Shown here one piece after another: positions 38,829 through 64,000 of a stretch of DNA of 64,000 bases (the stretch's first letter is position 1; each line of letters opens with the position of its first letter). This DNA is from Klebsormidium nitens (taxonomy: Eukaryota > Plantae > Klebsormidiophyceae), in the NCBI GenBank assembly GCA_000708835.1, contig DF236991.1:62001-126000 (forward strand). Reading direction: 5' to 3'. The translations under genes were made by a program, and so were the position numbers. Under the pieces are notes generated by a model. It did no database searches. It was not told where the DNA came from and saw only the letters and a program-made list of their open reading frames with translations.

Positions 38829-39930
38829 TGTTTGACGGCCGGTCCAGCCAGGAATTACGGGGGGGATATAACGGGGCAGCATAGATTCTTGAAAAGATCG
38901 TGTTGTACATGACAAATGCTCGCAGTTGAAGCGATTGAACCGCGTGCACAATTTGAATCTTGTAACCGCAACTACCAAGTCAGGTCGACAGGACATGGTA
39001 AGCTCAGTAGAGTCACGAAGTCGGTCCAGGTCCAAGTCCGGGCCATCCATGACCCGGGTGTTAATCTGATCATTTGTGAGGCCTGCCGCCTAGCACTCAA
39101 TTGTTACTGATAGCCGCGCTAGACAACAGTTTGTGCCTCAAGACGGTAGTGGACTCAACTTCACCCAACTTATCAGGTGCATACTAGGCATTATTGTTCA
39201 ATCAATGATCGAGCGAGGGTGAACGTGAAGCGATGCCATTAAATGAATGATTGTTAATCGATTCAGAATAGTGACGTACTGTTATGTTCAAGTTTGCAAG
39301 CTAGCGTGCTGCCAGTGGCTGGCAGTGCACCGGCCACGCTAGAATCGAGCTAATGACGTACTAATCATGACGGTACGGTTGCATCATGCATTTTACAATC
39401 GACTCGCAAGTCGCTACTATCAGTGACGTCACACTGTGGCATGATCATGGCGGCATGGATCATTCAGGCTTTAGATCATTTTGCCAGTTGGCAATCCGAT
39501 CGCGCCATGCATTAGATATAAATTCAATGCGACACCACCATGCAGGTGTGCAATCAAGCAACTGATGATCGATTGAATGCGCGGCCCACATGGGCCGGCC
39601 GCCTGCTGGCGCAGAACATATAGGTTTGAAAGCTAGGGCGCGTGACGCTTTTCGCTCAGATCGAACCGTCCACCGTGGCGGCATGACGATTCATAGCTCG
39701 ATTGAAGCTTTGTTCAGTTACTAGCCTAGCCGGCGGCGCCCTAGGCCGCCGCCGTGCTAAATAAGCTTACTGACTCCGTGAGTCTCAGTCCAGTGATGGA
39801 CGATTCACGATCGCGATTGGCCGTGCGGTGGCTTGCCAGTTGGCAACGCACCGGCCTGGCGCACTTTCAATCTGATTGCATGTACGAACCAACTCGGCCT
39901 GGCATGACGGTCCAACACACACACACGGTC

Positions 39931-39973
39931 CAACCGACCGACGGTTGATCGGGTTAAGACCGTCGGTCGGTTG
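39931..39973. other. Perfect 15-bp inverted repeat (hairpin) in the convergent intergenic region
   Basis: CAACCGACCGACGGT (39931-39945) and ACCGTCGGTCGGTTG (39959-39973), 13-nt loop. Confidence 0.8.
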
Positions 39974-40383
39974 AGAACGATCCATCAAATCACGGGCGGT
40001 TCGAGCAATAAAAAGACTTACTTGAATGATTGATCGATTTGCAGTCGCTGTGGTACAGAGCTAGACACAACCAAACGCGTCTAAAACACTAGCTATATAC
40101 CTCCGATCACTCTTAAACAATTATCCCAGCGCATTCCCAGTTCCGTCTTGGGACTGTCCCAAAGGCTGACCCAACTCTTGCAGTGTACAACTGCTTGCAG
40201 CGGTTGTTTGCCGCCGGCCGCGCGCTGTTGGCCCGCTGCGCAGTCGGCTTTTCGCAGATGCTGCAGCATATCCATACTACCCGTCTAAGTAACCGAACGG
40301 ATGACTGATCTCGCTTATCTCTCTAATCCTGCGATAAGGAGCTTTTACTCCCTCGAAGCCGACCCTACGTGCTTCCAACCTCG

Positions 40384-43300
40384 TTACTGGGAGACTTGTC
40401 GCTTGTGATAAAACAAGACGTACGCTGACGAAGTCACGACCTGACTGGAGGACATTTCTAGAACGCTAGAATCGTTGTAGCAGTGCCACGTGGCGCCTTG
40501 CGACGCCGTCTCTTTACAGTAGGCGGTGTAATGGCCGCCGGTCATGCTCCCCGAGTGGTTGGAGACCGCCAAAAGGTCGTACGTAGCGTCCGCCGTTTGA
40601 CTCGGGGGAGCGTCCTCACTGCAAAGAGGAGTCCTGTGAGTCTTGAATCTCGCGCAGGCTGTCGCTTCACTAGGTAATCTAGCTGAATGGTCTCATTGGG
40701 AGGTTTAGGCTGGGCAGACAGTGGCCTGATCTTGCAAAGTGACGGTTGGAACCGTCTGTTCGGACCGTTGCGTTGGCGGCGACCGGACGTCCGAAAACTT
40801 CTCATCGAAGCTGCGCCAATTAAGTACAGCAGAAAGCACTTAACACCGTACGTCTTTCAGCTAGAACAGAGTGTATGTGCTGTGCACTTCGGCTTTAGAT
40901 CCGGAGGCTTGCCTCTCGAGCAGCTTTCTCATCGAAGCCAAGACTTAGGCGCAGCACGTGCTAGTCCTTCCCAGATCTCAGGGTACCGAGCCCGCCATCA
41001 GACCCGACCGTCAAACCGTTCCGTCGACAAACGCTTGCGACGTCCGTCAAGCGGTATCCCCACGTCGAACCTGGAAGATGCTCTTGTTGACGCAAGCCTT
41101 GAAAAGCAAGACAAGTGAGCTTCAGAAGAGAAGAAGCGGCCTTACCTGAGGCTCGGCCGCATGTCGAGCCCCTCTCGAGGGAAGTCCACGGTGGTGCTGT
41201 CCTTGGAGAACAGCGAAAAACGCGCGCCCGAGATCCGCTGCACAGAAAAAGCTGCCGGTGAGCGGGGCTTTCGATGAAGCAGCACCTCATTTTTCGATCA
41301 TTCGCCTAGTGGACTTTGTCTCTACCTTCGCAGAAAAACGCTGCCCTGAGCTAAATTCACAGCGAAGCACCAGGTTTGTTCTGGGCGTTTCGTCAAGTGG
41401 AACTCTCGACTCCAAGGCAGCAATGAGAAAAGGCGCATCATAGTTGACGATACGCAGGGTCTGAAGCCATGTTTAGGCCACCAGTTTCTGTTGGTGAAAC
41501 TTTCAGGAGCGTCCTCTCTTCCAACCGGGTTCGATAGGAGCGGATGTTTGTTGCAGGTCGCCCCTCGTGCCAATCAGTGTTTAACAGTCTTTTGTGTACT
41601 GCGGCAAGCATGCTTGGTTCCTCACCTTGATGTGCAACACAAGGACACGTGGCAGTTGGAAGACGGTGAGCTTCTTCGTGGCTGGCTTCGCAGCCTGCGA
41701 GAGAACACAGAGCAAGATTATGAATGATCGTTCTGGAACTTCTGGATGAAGGAAGGTAGAAAGAACATGGTTCGAATCGGGGCAGATTGCTCTGAGAGAC
41801 AAACTTCTACAGATGCTCGAATGCGGAAAGTACTAGTGCCACATGAGCTCTTCCTATCGCGACAACGAGCGCTTCCACGTGTCCAGCGTAGTCGGAACGA
41901 ATGATTCTTGAGCGCAGTGCTCCGAAGCTTCTCCGTGTCGATAGTGTAGCAGAGAACGTCCCCTTCCAAGAAGCGGAGGAACAAGTACTAAGCCCAGGAC
42001 CAAAAGCAATTCGCCTTGCAACCCTAGAAAAGAAAGAGAACAAAACCTCTAGCGCAGTATACGGGCCCAGCTTTGCAGCGCCCGAAGTGCCAAAGAAAAG
42101 ATCGGGGAGCTTCTAGCGGAACTTACGGGCCCACATAGTGGCGCTCACAGCGGAAAAGGAAGAGTAAAATCATTTCGAGGCGATATACGGGCGCACCTAA
42201 CAATGCTCGCAATGGATTAGAAAGGCAAAGGAACCTGTTCGCCAATCTACGGGCCCCACCTTGCAGCGCTCGTGAGTCAAAACAAAGAGAAAAAAACCCG
42301 CAGCACTTTTCCGTGCCAGGTTGCAGTGCTCGTAATGGAAGAGAAAAGAAAAGAGAACCTCTAGCGCAATCTCCGGACCCACCTTGCAGCGCTCGCAGTG
42401 GTGATCCTCTTCGAGCTCCTCTTCGGTCGTGAACGCAGCGAGGCACTGCGCGAGCGTGACGGAGCGTCCGGGAGAAAACCATGCGCCGCTGTCGGACGCG
42501 TTTTTGGCTTTGGGGAGGGGTAACGAGAGGTCCAGAAAGGGGTCGAAGCAATGGGACTGGAGACCGCAATCTAAGCACTCGACGGTGCTTTGTAGCTGAC
42601 CTGCAAGATACAAAAAGTGGGGTTTCAGTACGGCATCTTTTACAGAATGCAAACGGGAAGAAACGCCTTACGGACGTTTTCGGCTTTGGAACGGTAGAGA
42701 GAGGCCTAGGAAGAGGTCGAAGCAGTGAGATTGGAGCCCGCAGTCTAAGCACTCGACCATGCTTTGTAATTGGCCTGTTTGGAGAGAGACAGGGAGGGAT
42801 TAAGTCGCAGTATCGACGTAACTCGAATCTGAGAGGACCGCCTTTTAGGGGCATTTGTGGCTTCGGCAAGGGGTAATGAAGATCCAAGAACGGCCTTCGA
42901 TTGACGACATAAGGCGCACTACAAAAGCTTTGTGGACGCTTTGGAATGGCACAGAGTGACATACGGGACGGGGGCCATTGGGTTTATAGGCCGACTTTAA
43001 GCTTTCCAGCTGGCTTTTGAGGAGAGTGAAACATTTTGCGATGGGTACGCTCCTGGACGTGTTTCCAAACTTTAGGAGCAGCAACGAAAGAGGGGTCGTA
43101 GTGGCACACAATTGCTGCGGCATCTCTAAAAAGCTGCAAGATCATAGTTGTGTACGGAACACAGTGAGTCAAACAAGTAATCGGCCGCAATCAGAAACCA
43201 CTCAAGCGGAATAAAAAGAGAGGTGGAAGCAGCCTTGCAAGCCAGACCGAAACTCTGAACTGAAAGATTGTGAACGACTTGTCATTCCGGACACGTCCTG

Positions 43301-46300
43301 CCTGTCTCCTACAATACGTTGCCGATCCATTATCCTTCGACGAGCCGCAACTTCTCAGTCAACGGCTGCAGACTCTTGAAAAACAGTTTCTTCGCCGAGC
43401 TCCCCAAAAGCTCACCGCTGAGGATGTCGGTATGGTAGCGCCATGCATCCCTTGAAAAGTTTTGTGAGAGACGTCTTCGCTGGACAATCAAGCACAAGTT
43501 CCCAGCGTATACTTTCTGTCTGTCACCCTCCTGAAATACCTCACCGCTGAAGATGTCCTGTATGACCGAGTCGTGCCGCGACCGGTGGTAGCTCCATGCG
43601 TCCCGCGCCAACTTTTCGGGGGGAGCGCCCGTGCTGGCCAGCTCCCGATAGAGGGGCTGCGCTCTCACTCGGGAGCAGTCCATGTCGAGCGCCTCCATGA
43701 TGATGCGCAGGGCTTCCTGGCTGTCGTGCTGGTCGCCGTCCGCAAACTGTACGAAAAACGTCCAAAGACCTCAGAGAGCGTCCGAAAAAAACTGAACAGA
43801 TGGGGAAGGTTTGCAGATAGTCTTTGCTGACAGTACAGGAGCTTGGAATTGTCGAGGGCCTCCATAATGATGCGCAGGGCTTCCTGGCTGTCGTGCTCGT
43901 CCCCGTCCGCAAACTGTACGGTTAGTTGGACAATGCTGCAAAAGCAAATGTTGGGTGGGTTCACAAAGGTTGCTGGATCCACAGGAGCCTAAAGCTGTCC
44001 ATGGCCTCCTTTGTACAGCACAAGGCTTCCTGGCTGTCGTGCTCGTCATCGTTCGCAAACTGGACGAAAATAGTCGGATTGAATTCGGAAAGTATCGAGG
44101 AGACCAGACATTGGGGATGATGGGGGGCTTTCGCTGGGTTTGCTGCAATCATTCAAAAAGTACGATTGCCAAAGAGCCTCCATGACGATCCGCAGAGCTT
44201 CCGTTGTGCTGGTCGCCACCCGCAAACTGAACAAAGGCCGTCCGAGAGGGTCCGTAAGAATCTGACGTGAATTTGAAACTCGTCCGAGTCTGTCGATTGA
44301 CGTGAGCGTTCTCCTTCCCATTTAAGAAAGATACTGTACCGAAGCTTTAGCACAGCGCGCAAGATCTCCTAACTATTTTGCTGATCGGGATTTGCGAAGC
44401 TTACAAAACTCGTACGAGGAAATCAAGTGTTGTAGAAGATTGCGATCGTCGAAGAGAAAGATAATCAATGTTGGCGCGCTTCGGAACCTTTGGAAACAGC
44501 AGCTACTTGAGAAGAGAGCCTGGCCTTTCCAAGCTCCTTTGTGCCTCACCGAGCAGAATAGTTTATGCGAATCCAAACAGCGCAACTTCGTCTCAGAGTG
44601 TTCTTTCAAGAAGCAACGCGCAAGCATAACGGAGCTATACCTGGTACTCAATCAGAAAAGGCATACTTCGAAATCTCTATACGATCCCCCTTGCTGAAAG
44701 GAAGAGTTTGCTTCTTACCTGCGGGGCCCATCTCTCGAGCCTGGTCAGAAACTCCTGCGGGTTCACAGACGACCCCGACCGAGCTTCCGTCATCCCCCGA
44801 AGAAGCCGTACCAAGGGCCCAACCAGCCTCGGCCGCGAGCCGTTACTTCCCCCCGAAAGAACTCTACCGGCCACGTTTTCCGAGTCCACTGCTTGCTGCA
44901 GTGCGGGGTCTTGAAGCGTCACGAGCGCCACCGAGAGAGGGGGAGTGCTTATGAGGCACTGCAATATGCTATTGAGAAAGCAGGTGTTGCCAAGGTTCCG
45001 CAGACCCACGGTCGGCCGGGCGATGCAAGTGTCGGAGATCGGGACGATCTTGGCGGACTTTCGTCGTGGGGGGGTGTCAGGCTGGGCACCTATCCGGAAA
45101 TCTACCCCCCCGTTGTGGTGCAATTTGGGCACGCTCGAGAAGCGGTCCCCGCGGCTGGGGCCCAATAAGCTATCGGGGCTCAACGAGCTATCGGGGCTGT
45201 TGCTCCCGTACGTGTCGGGGCTTCGGATGCGGTTTCTATCGGGGCTCGTGCTGACGTCACTGCTGACGTCACCCCTGCTGCGGCTGCTGACGCTACCCCT
45301 GGTTCCAGTGACATTGCCCCTGCTCCTGCGGCCCCCCGCAGGCGGGTTGAACTCCTCTTCTTCGCTTCCGGACTCGGACTCGCTCGAGCTACTCAAGGCG
45401 ACGTCATCGAGAGTCAGCTCCTTTCCCTTTGGCGACGGGTTCCCCTCGAATCGGCTTCTGCTCCTCTCCTCCTCCAACGGCGGTGTCAACAGCGTCCTCT
45501 GAGGGGTCCCCCTGCTGATGTCATCGCCATCCGAGATGACATCGGTGCAGACGTCACTTCTCGGCGACCGCCCTAACCCTGACGTGGCCCCTCTGTTCGA
45601 TACTGCAGAACCTCTTTCAGCCGTTAAACCCCCTCGACTTCGATCCGTTCGTTCGTCAGGGTCCGCGCTCGCCTCCTGAAGCAACTTCATACCCCCCTCG
45701 CTGCGCCAGATTCCCGTCTCCCAACCCTGAGCCGAACTAGATGGAGGAAACTCAGGCTCCGCTGCAGAGGAGCCAGCTGAAGCGCCCCTTTTCAACGGGG
45801 AACTATCAACAAACCCCTTCCCCAAACCTCTGCCTGCTATTTCAACCTGGTTTTCCGCGAGCTTGACCCCCTCACTTTCCTTCCCTTGTCTCAAACTCGC
45901 GCCGTGAGCCGGTCTTTTCAGAGAGGCGCTACTCAAGGAATAGCTAGAACCAGGGCTGACATCGGCATGTGCCTGACCAACGCTCCTGGGGACGCCAAGT
46001 GGCACACTTCCATGGGGGCTGACGTCAGCGCCGTGGCTCCGGCTGACCCGCAGGAGCTCCTCGACTCTGACGCTGATCTCAGCAAAGTCGTCGAGGCCGC
46101 TCTGTTTCCTCAGCTGAGCCCTCGAGGCAGCGGCCGCTCCGAAACTCGTCGAAGCAGACGGTTCAAAACTCACATCTAGTTGCCTGCTCCCGCTGAGGCC
46201 CTGTTTCTCCGCCCCCGACCTCTTGTCTCGCTGCGACCCCAAAGCAGAAGTTCCCGCGTGCTGGCCAGACAGGGCCTCCTCCCTCTGCTGCTTGAATCGC

Positions 46301-47187
46301 TGGTGAACACTCAATTTGTTTCCGCCGCTAAAGCTGTCCTGAGCAAATCCTGGGTTATCTACACCTACTGTGTACTGCGTTGAGCCGCGGTTATCCACTT
46401 CTGATCGGCCCTGAGCTAAACTCCTACCAGCTGTTTGCACAGAACCAAGCCTGTCTATACTCGCGCCCCGGGCCCCCTTTTCTAAACCAATCCGATGCGC
46501 AGAGGAATCTGAGAAGAATGGATCTCCAGCCTGCCGCTTTGTGCTCTCAGCAAACTCCCCGCTTAGCCTCTCTAGGTAAGCGCTGTGACCCTTTCCTTCC
46601 GCAGTCTTCTCCGCAGTCTTCCTCATGGCCGTGGTCCCTCTTACGGACGAACTAGATGCAGGAGCTGTTGGAGAGGTAGGTTCGGACGCCGTCACTTTCC
46701 CACCTACCATCCGGTGGGGCTCGCTGACACCGCTCACTTTCCCAGTGCTCATTCTGGCTGCCCTTTCCCGGCTTGCCGAACGCCCCTTGCTGCTGGCGCT
46801 CCGCTGACTGGGCGTGACATCATACACCTTCACCAAGTAGGGACTGCCACTGGACTGGTAATTCCTGGCTGCATAAGGACTCTTTGCCCGCTGACTCTTT
46901 CCACCATCCAGAACCCTAATTCCCGCATCTCCCGCGTCTGGCACACCGAACCCTAATCCTTCAAAGGCACTATCTCGCCCTCCAATGTTGGAGGTCAAAG
47001 GCCGCGTTCTCGCTGGTGATTGTCGTCTGCTGTTGGAAGATGGGGACTGGGGATATGTTAGACCAGATCTTCCCGGTCCTGATCTTGGCTCATTTGAGGT
47101 CATGGATAGCTTGGCCCGGCCAGGCACACGGGCAGGAGAGGGCTTTCTGCTGACCTCAGAGGGGCAGCTGTCTGACAGCGGAGGCAT
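40384..47187 (-). CDS. Ubiquitin carboxyl-terminal hydrolase (USP/peptidase C19; USP2/21-like catalytic domain) with long S/R/G-rich N-terminus, ~1094 aa
   Basis: Exons (minus) 47187-44719, 43746-43545, 42600-42383, 41694-41626, 41237-41146, 40618-40384; GT-AG with consistent phases (3285 nt). Cys box [28 protein letters not shown]...[22 protein letters not shown], His box [19 protein letters not shown]...WHCYNDS, AYVLFY. A CACAG acceptor just before the ATG suggests a 5'-UTR intron. Confidence 0.93.
42000..42400 (-). repeat. ~60-bp tandem array (6-7 units) derived from the USP exon 3 end and donor site
   Basis: Units resemble GAGCGCTGCAAG|GTGGG; for example the near-exact copy ACGAGCGCTGCAAG|GTGGGGCCCGT at ~42250-42272. 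Peptide echoes HERCK, HYEHC, HCEHC, RCERH. Confidence 0.8.
42690..42900 (-). repeat. Intronic duplicate(s) of the USP exon 3 acceptor and 5' part
   Basis: AAACAG|GCCAATTACAAAGCATGGTCGAGTGCTTAGACTGCGG (starts 42774) versus the real TTGCAG|GTCAGCTACAAAGCACCGTCGAGTGCTTAGATTGCGG (42600); a further fragment [11 protein letters not shown] at ~42865-42900. Confidence 0.85.
43690..44260 (-). repeat. Four tandem ~146-167-bp units, each with an acceptor plus the start of USP exon 2
   Basis: CAG|TTTGCG... at 43746 (real), 43913, 44059 and 44226, encoding [63 protein letters not shown] and a frameshifted FAGGDQHN copy. Confidence 0.9.
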
Positions 47188-47824
47188 GGCACCTGTGGTC
47201 TATCTTGCCCCTCTACATTGCTTTTGAGCAGCAAATCCCAAGCGAGCAACAGCCTTGCGTATGCCAGTCTCTTCTGGATCAATTGAATCTCTATGCACAG
47301 AGGGCACCCTCAGCACCCTTAATCTTCAGGAGAAGCTCCGCAAGCATGGACTCTGTATGCTGCAAGGCCATCAAGGACACTTTTGAATATTCTTTCAGTA
47401 AAGAGGCAGAATAGGTATCTTCTGAGCACCTCAATTGCCTCCTTCCAAGCGGTCAACCTGTCAGATGTGGATACGTATGTTGGTAGGTATCTCTGCTCTC
47501 AACACAGGTTGCAGGGTGCGTCAATGAAGTCCAACTTGGTCCCATTCAGGGCTGGGAAGCGTGCTTCCTCACTGGTTTGAAATTCTGCTCGAGTTCAGCT
47601 GGCGGCCTGCGGCTGCATGGATAAGTTTTGAGACGAACTTTCGGCCGTTCGCCTCAAGTGATCGACGGTTGGGACTTGATCAGTGTGTTCCTGCGCGCGT
47701 GCGCGGGACCTCCCAAGGGGGATAATGATCCGACCCAAAGAGTGACGCCCACCTCCCAAGGAGTGACCGTCGTCGATACCAAGGATCTGACGATATCATC
47801 TGGCTTCCTGATTTCTCCGTTTAC

Positions 47825-47833
47825 AACCCTAAT
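47825..47833 (+). promoter_or_regulatory. Telo-box-like motif in the short divergent USP/Obg intergenic region
   Basis: AACCCTAAT ~170 nt upstream of the Obg ATG. Telo-boxes are common upstream of plant translation-related genes, but a single short motif is weak evidence. Confidence 0.25.
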
Positions 47834-48000
47834 CTCGAAAAACCATCAAATGGTAAAATCAAAACCTCTTGATGAGCAGCTCATCACCTTTTATTGTTTC
47901 AAGCAGCATTTGCTTGCTGCTCTTCTTCGTCTTCCTAGAAACTTGAAAGTGATGCAGGAGACCTGAGGACACGCAGGCGTTGCCTCCAAATTCTGCCATC

Positions 48001-62289
<14,289 letters not shown>

Positions 62290-62640
62290 CGTCTTTAAAC
62301 CCCACAGGTAAAGAGGTAGTCAGCGTAATGCAACGAGGGTTGATGATTAAAGCGAGGTGTTCTATGTGCGCAAAAACTTGTTCGAAACTGAGGAAGAGAC
62401 ATCGAGGTACGAATGGCATTTGTCTCCAGATGACATTCAAGAATTTTTACGGGTCGGACTTGCGCGACCACTCTGGCGCAACGAGCTTGGTCCTGTGATA
62501 AAGTGTCCTTTAGGGTATGCCTACCACTCAAACGAGAAGGGCGTTGACAGAATGATTGCTCCAAGGAGTTCAGTACGGAGAGATGGATTACCATCGTCCG
62601 TGTTTCTATAGAGAACATTACTTCGCACTGTCTGCGATGC

Positions 62641-62674
62641 CACTTTCATTGAGATGTCACTTTCATTGAGATGT
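62641..62674. repeat. Perfect 17-bp tandem duplication downstream of Obg
   Basis: CACTTTCATTGAGATGT x2. Confidence 0.9.
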
Positions 62675-64000
62675 CCATCTGATGCGCTTTCTGCGGCAAC
62701 AGGATCTTCCGTGCGTCGTTACTTAAATAGGCTGCTTTTATCCTCGTTGGCCATGATAGAGAACCCGGGCTTCTCTTGGCACAGGTAATGGTAGCCATTG
62801 CTGGAGCAAAGCGAATACCAAGCAACTTAGGTGTCTGTTTCTTCTGATAAGTGCACCCCGGGACAGAATCGCAAGCAAACCACACACCTTATACACTTAG
62901 TACGAAAGGCAATGTCGCTTTCAAAGCTTCCATTCACCACCCCTCGTATCGCCTGCCATCGCTGCGCACCGGCAAGTTGCACCAGTTACGCAACTCCTAG
63001 TCATCCTCAAAGCCTGCTCATGTGTAGTCCGCGCGCGTCAGGTCAAGTACGTTGGATGAATGTGACTCTCCGAAGCTTGCATCCTTGCACACGACGGTCC
63101 TTCGCTTCTGTATATTTTGTCAAGATCTACACGTGCACCGCTTCAGGTGGCAAGGACGACGGGCTGAGTTTTTAAAGCTTACAAGCAGGTATGGTACGTG
63201 CCGGTAGCCATCTACTTTTTTGTGTCTAGATTTGCTTCTGAATTCTTCGAAGTCTTGCCTCTTCTTCAGTTAACGCCTTTAGAGGCTTGCCCTTTGCGGA
63301 GTCAACTCGACTTGGCAGTTGTGCTCGATATCCAGATCGTTATGAACCATATTAATTTGGAGGGCTGTTAGAGCCCCAATTCTTGTTGCCAGTCGGGTAT
63401 CAGCTCGTACACTTCTCAAAATCAACCGTGACTACATAGACCATGCATGCTTCTGGGTTTGCTGCCACTTTCGTGGATCGGATTAGTCCAGGGTTATGAG
63501 TCTTGTGTTGAGTTGAATGCAGGTATCTTTTTGGATCTGCATGGTTGTTGTGACGTACCAGGCGGAAGTTCTCTCACTGGGTTGGGCATTAGTACGTTCT
63601 TATGAATCGCATGCTCAATTGTGTGACACCCAGCCCCTTGGAGTTGTTTTGTTTGGTGCTTCCCTAATGATGTGCTCGTCGGCAGTGCTAATCGGCTAGC
63701 ACTCGTGATTAGTTTTGATTACCGCGTGAGACGCTTGCTTTTCGAGGGCAGATGAGCAGGATCTAATCCTGCTTGGTCCACAAGCTCGCCGAGGCATGTT
63801 TCGAGTTCCGCAGCCCTCAAATCTGCTTCTGATGGTGTTGCCACAGAGCGTATTATCTAGTACTCGATGCTATCAACATCGCGGCCTTTGGACACAAGCC
63901 TTTAAATTGTGATTCGATTACATCTATCTCCGAGGGCTGATTATCGCCCGCTTTGGAGTATGGTAGCTTTCTGTGTCTGCATGCGCTCAATATTAATAGT

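Noticed and set aside
42123-42962. 279-aa minus ORF as a separate gene
   Set aside because: It is an off-frame read-through of USP exon 3 and its intronic repeat copies.
42000-44260. Regularly spaced repeats as a CRISPR-like array
   Set aside because: The units are degenerate copies of exon junctions inside a spliced eukaryotic gene; there are no identical repeats with unique spacers and no cas genes.
44565-46956. Several plus ORFs of 90-185 aa
   Set aside because: Antisense shadows of GC-rich USP exon 1.
62290-64000. Short ORFs downstream of Obg
   Set aside because: No recognisable motifs or consistent splice structure; treated as UTR/intergenic.

Overview
Eukaryotic genomic DNA, with spliceosomal GT-AG introns and GC-rich exons. 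Gene content and style suggest a streptophyte green alga, possibly Klebsormidium-like; this is inference and was not verified by any search. The window has two halves. (1) About 1-32 kb has no intact gene. It holds a decayed RLK/Pelle-type kinase (~4.8-5.5 kb, +), a ~170-bp tandem repeat, a palindromic CCCCGG cluster, a tRNA-like Pol III element, two tandemly duplicated 3-4.5 kb units of an unidentified decayed family (12-27 kb) and a decayed (TIR?)-NB-ARC-(LRR?) gene (~28.2-31 kb, +). A TA-flanked MITE closes this half at 32.06-32.33 kb. (2) About 32.5-62.3 kb holds three intact multi-exon genes whose exon phases I checked by hand: an alpha/beta-hydrolase of the monoacylglycerol lipase/Hydrolase_4 type (+, 10 exons), a USP-family deubiquitinase (-, 6 coding exons) and a plastid-type Obg/CgtA GTPase (+, 11 exons, very long acidic N-terminus, 6.2-kb intron with probable retroelement debris). 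The most distinctive pattern is that introns of all three genes carry degenerate tandem copies of their own exon edges, with splice sites included. All translations and alignments were done by eye, so pseudogene and TE calls are tentative.
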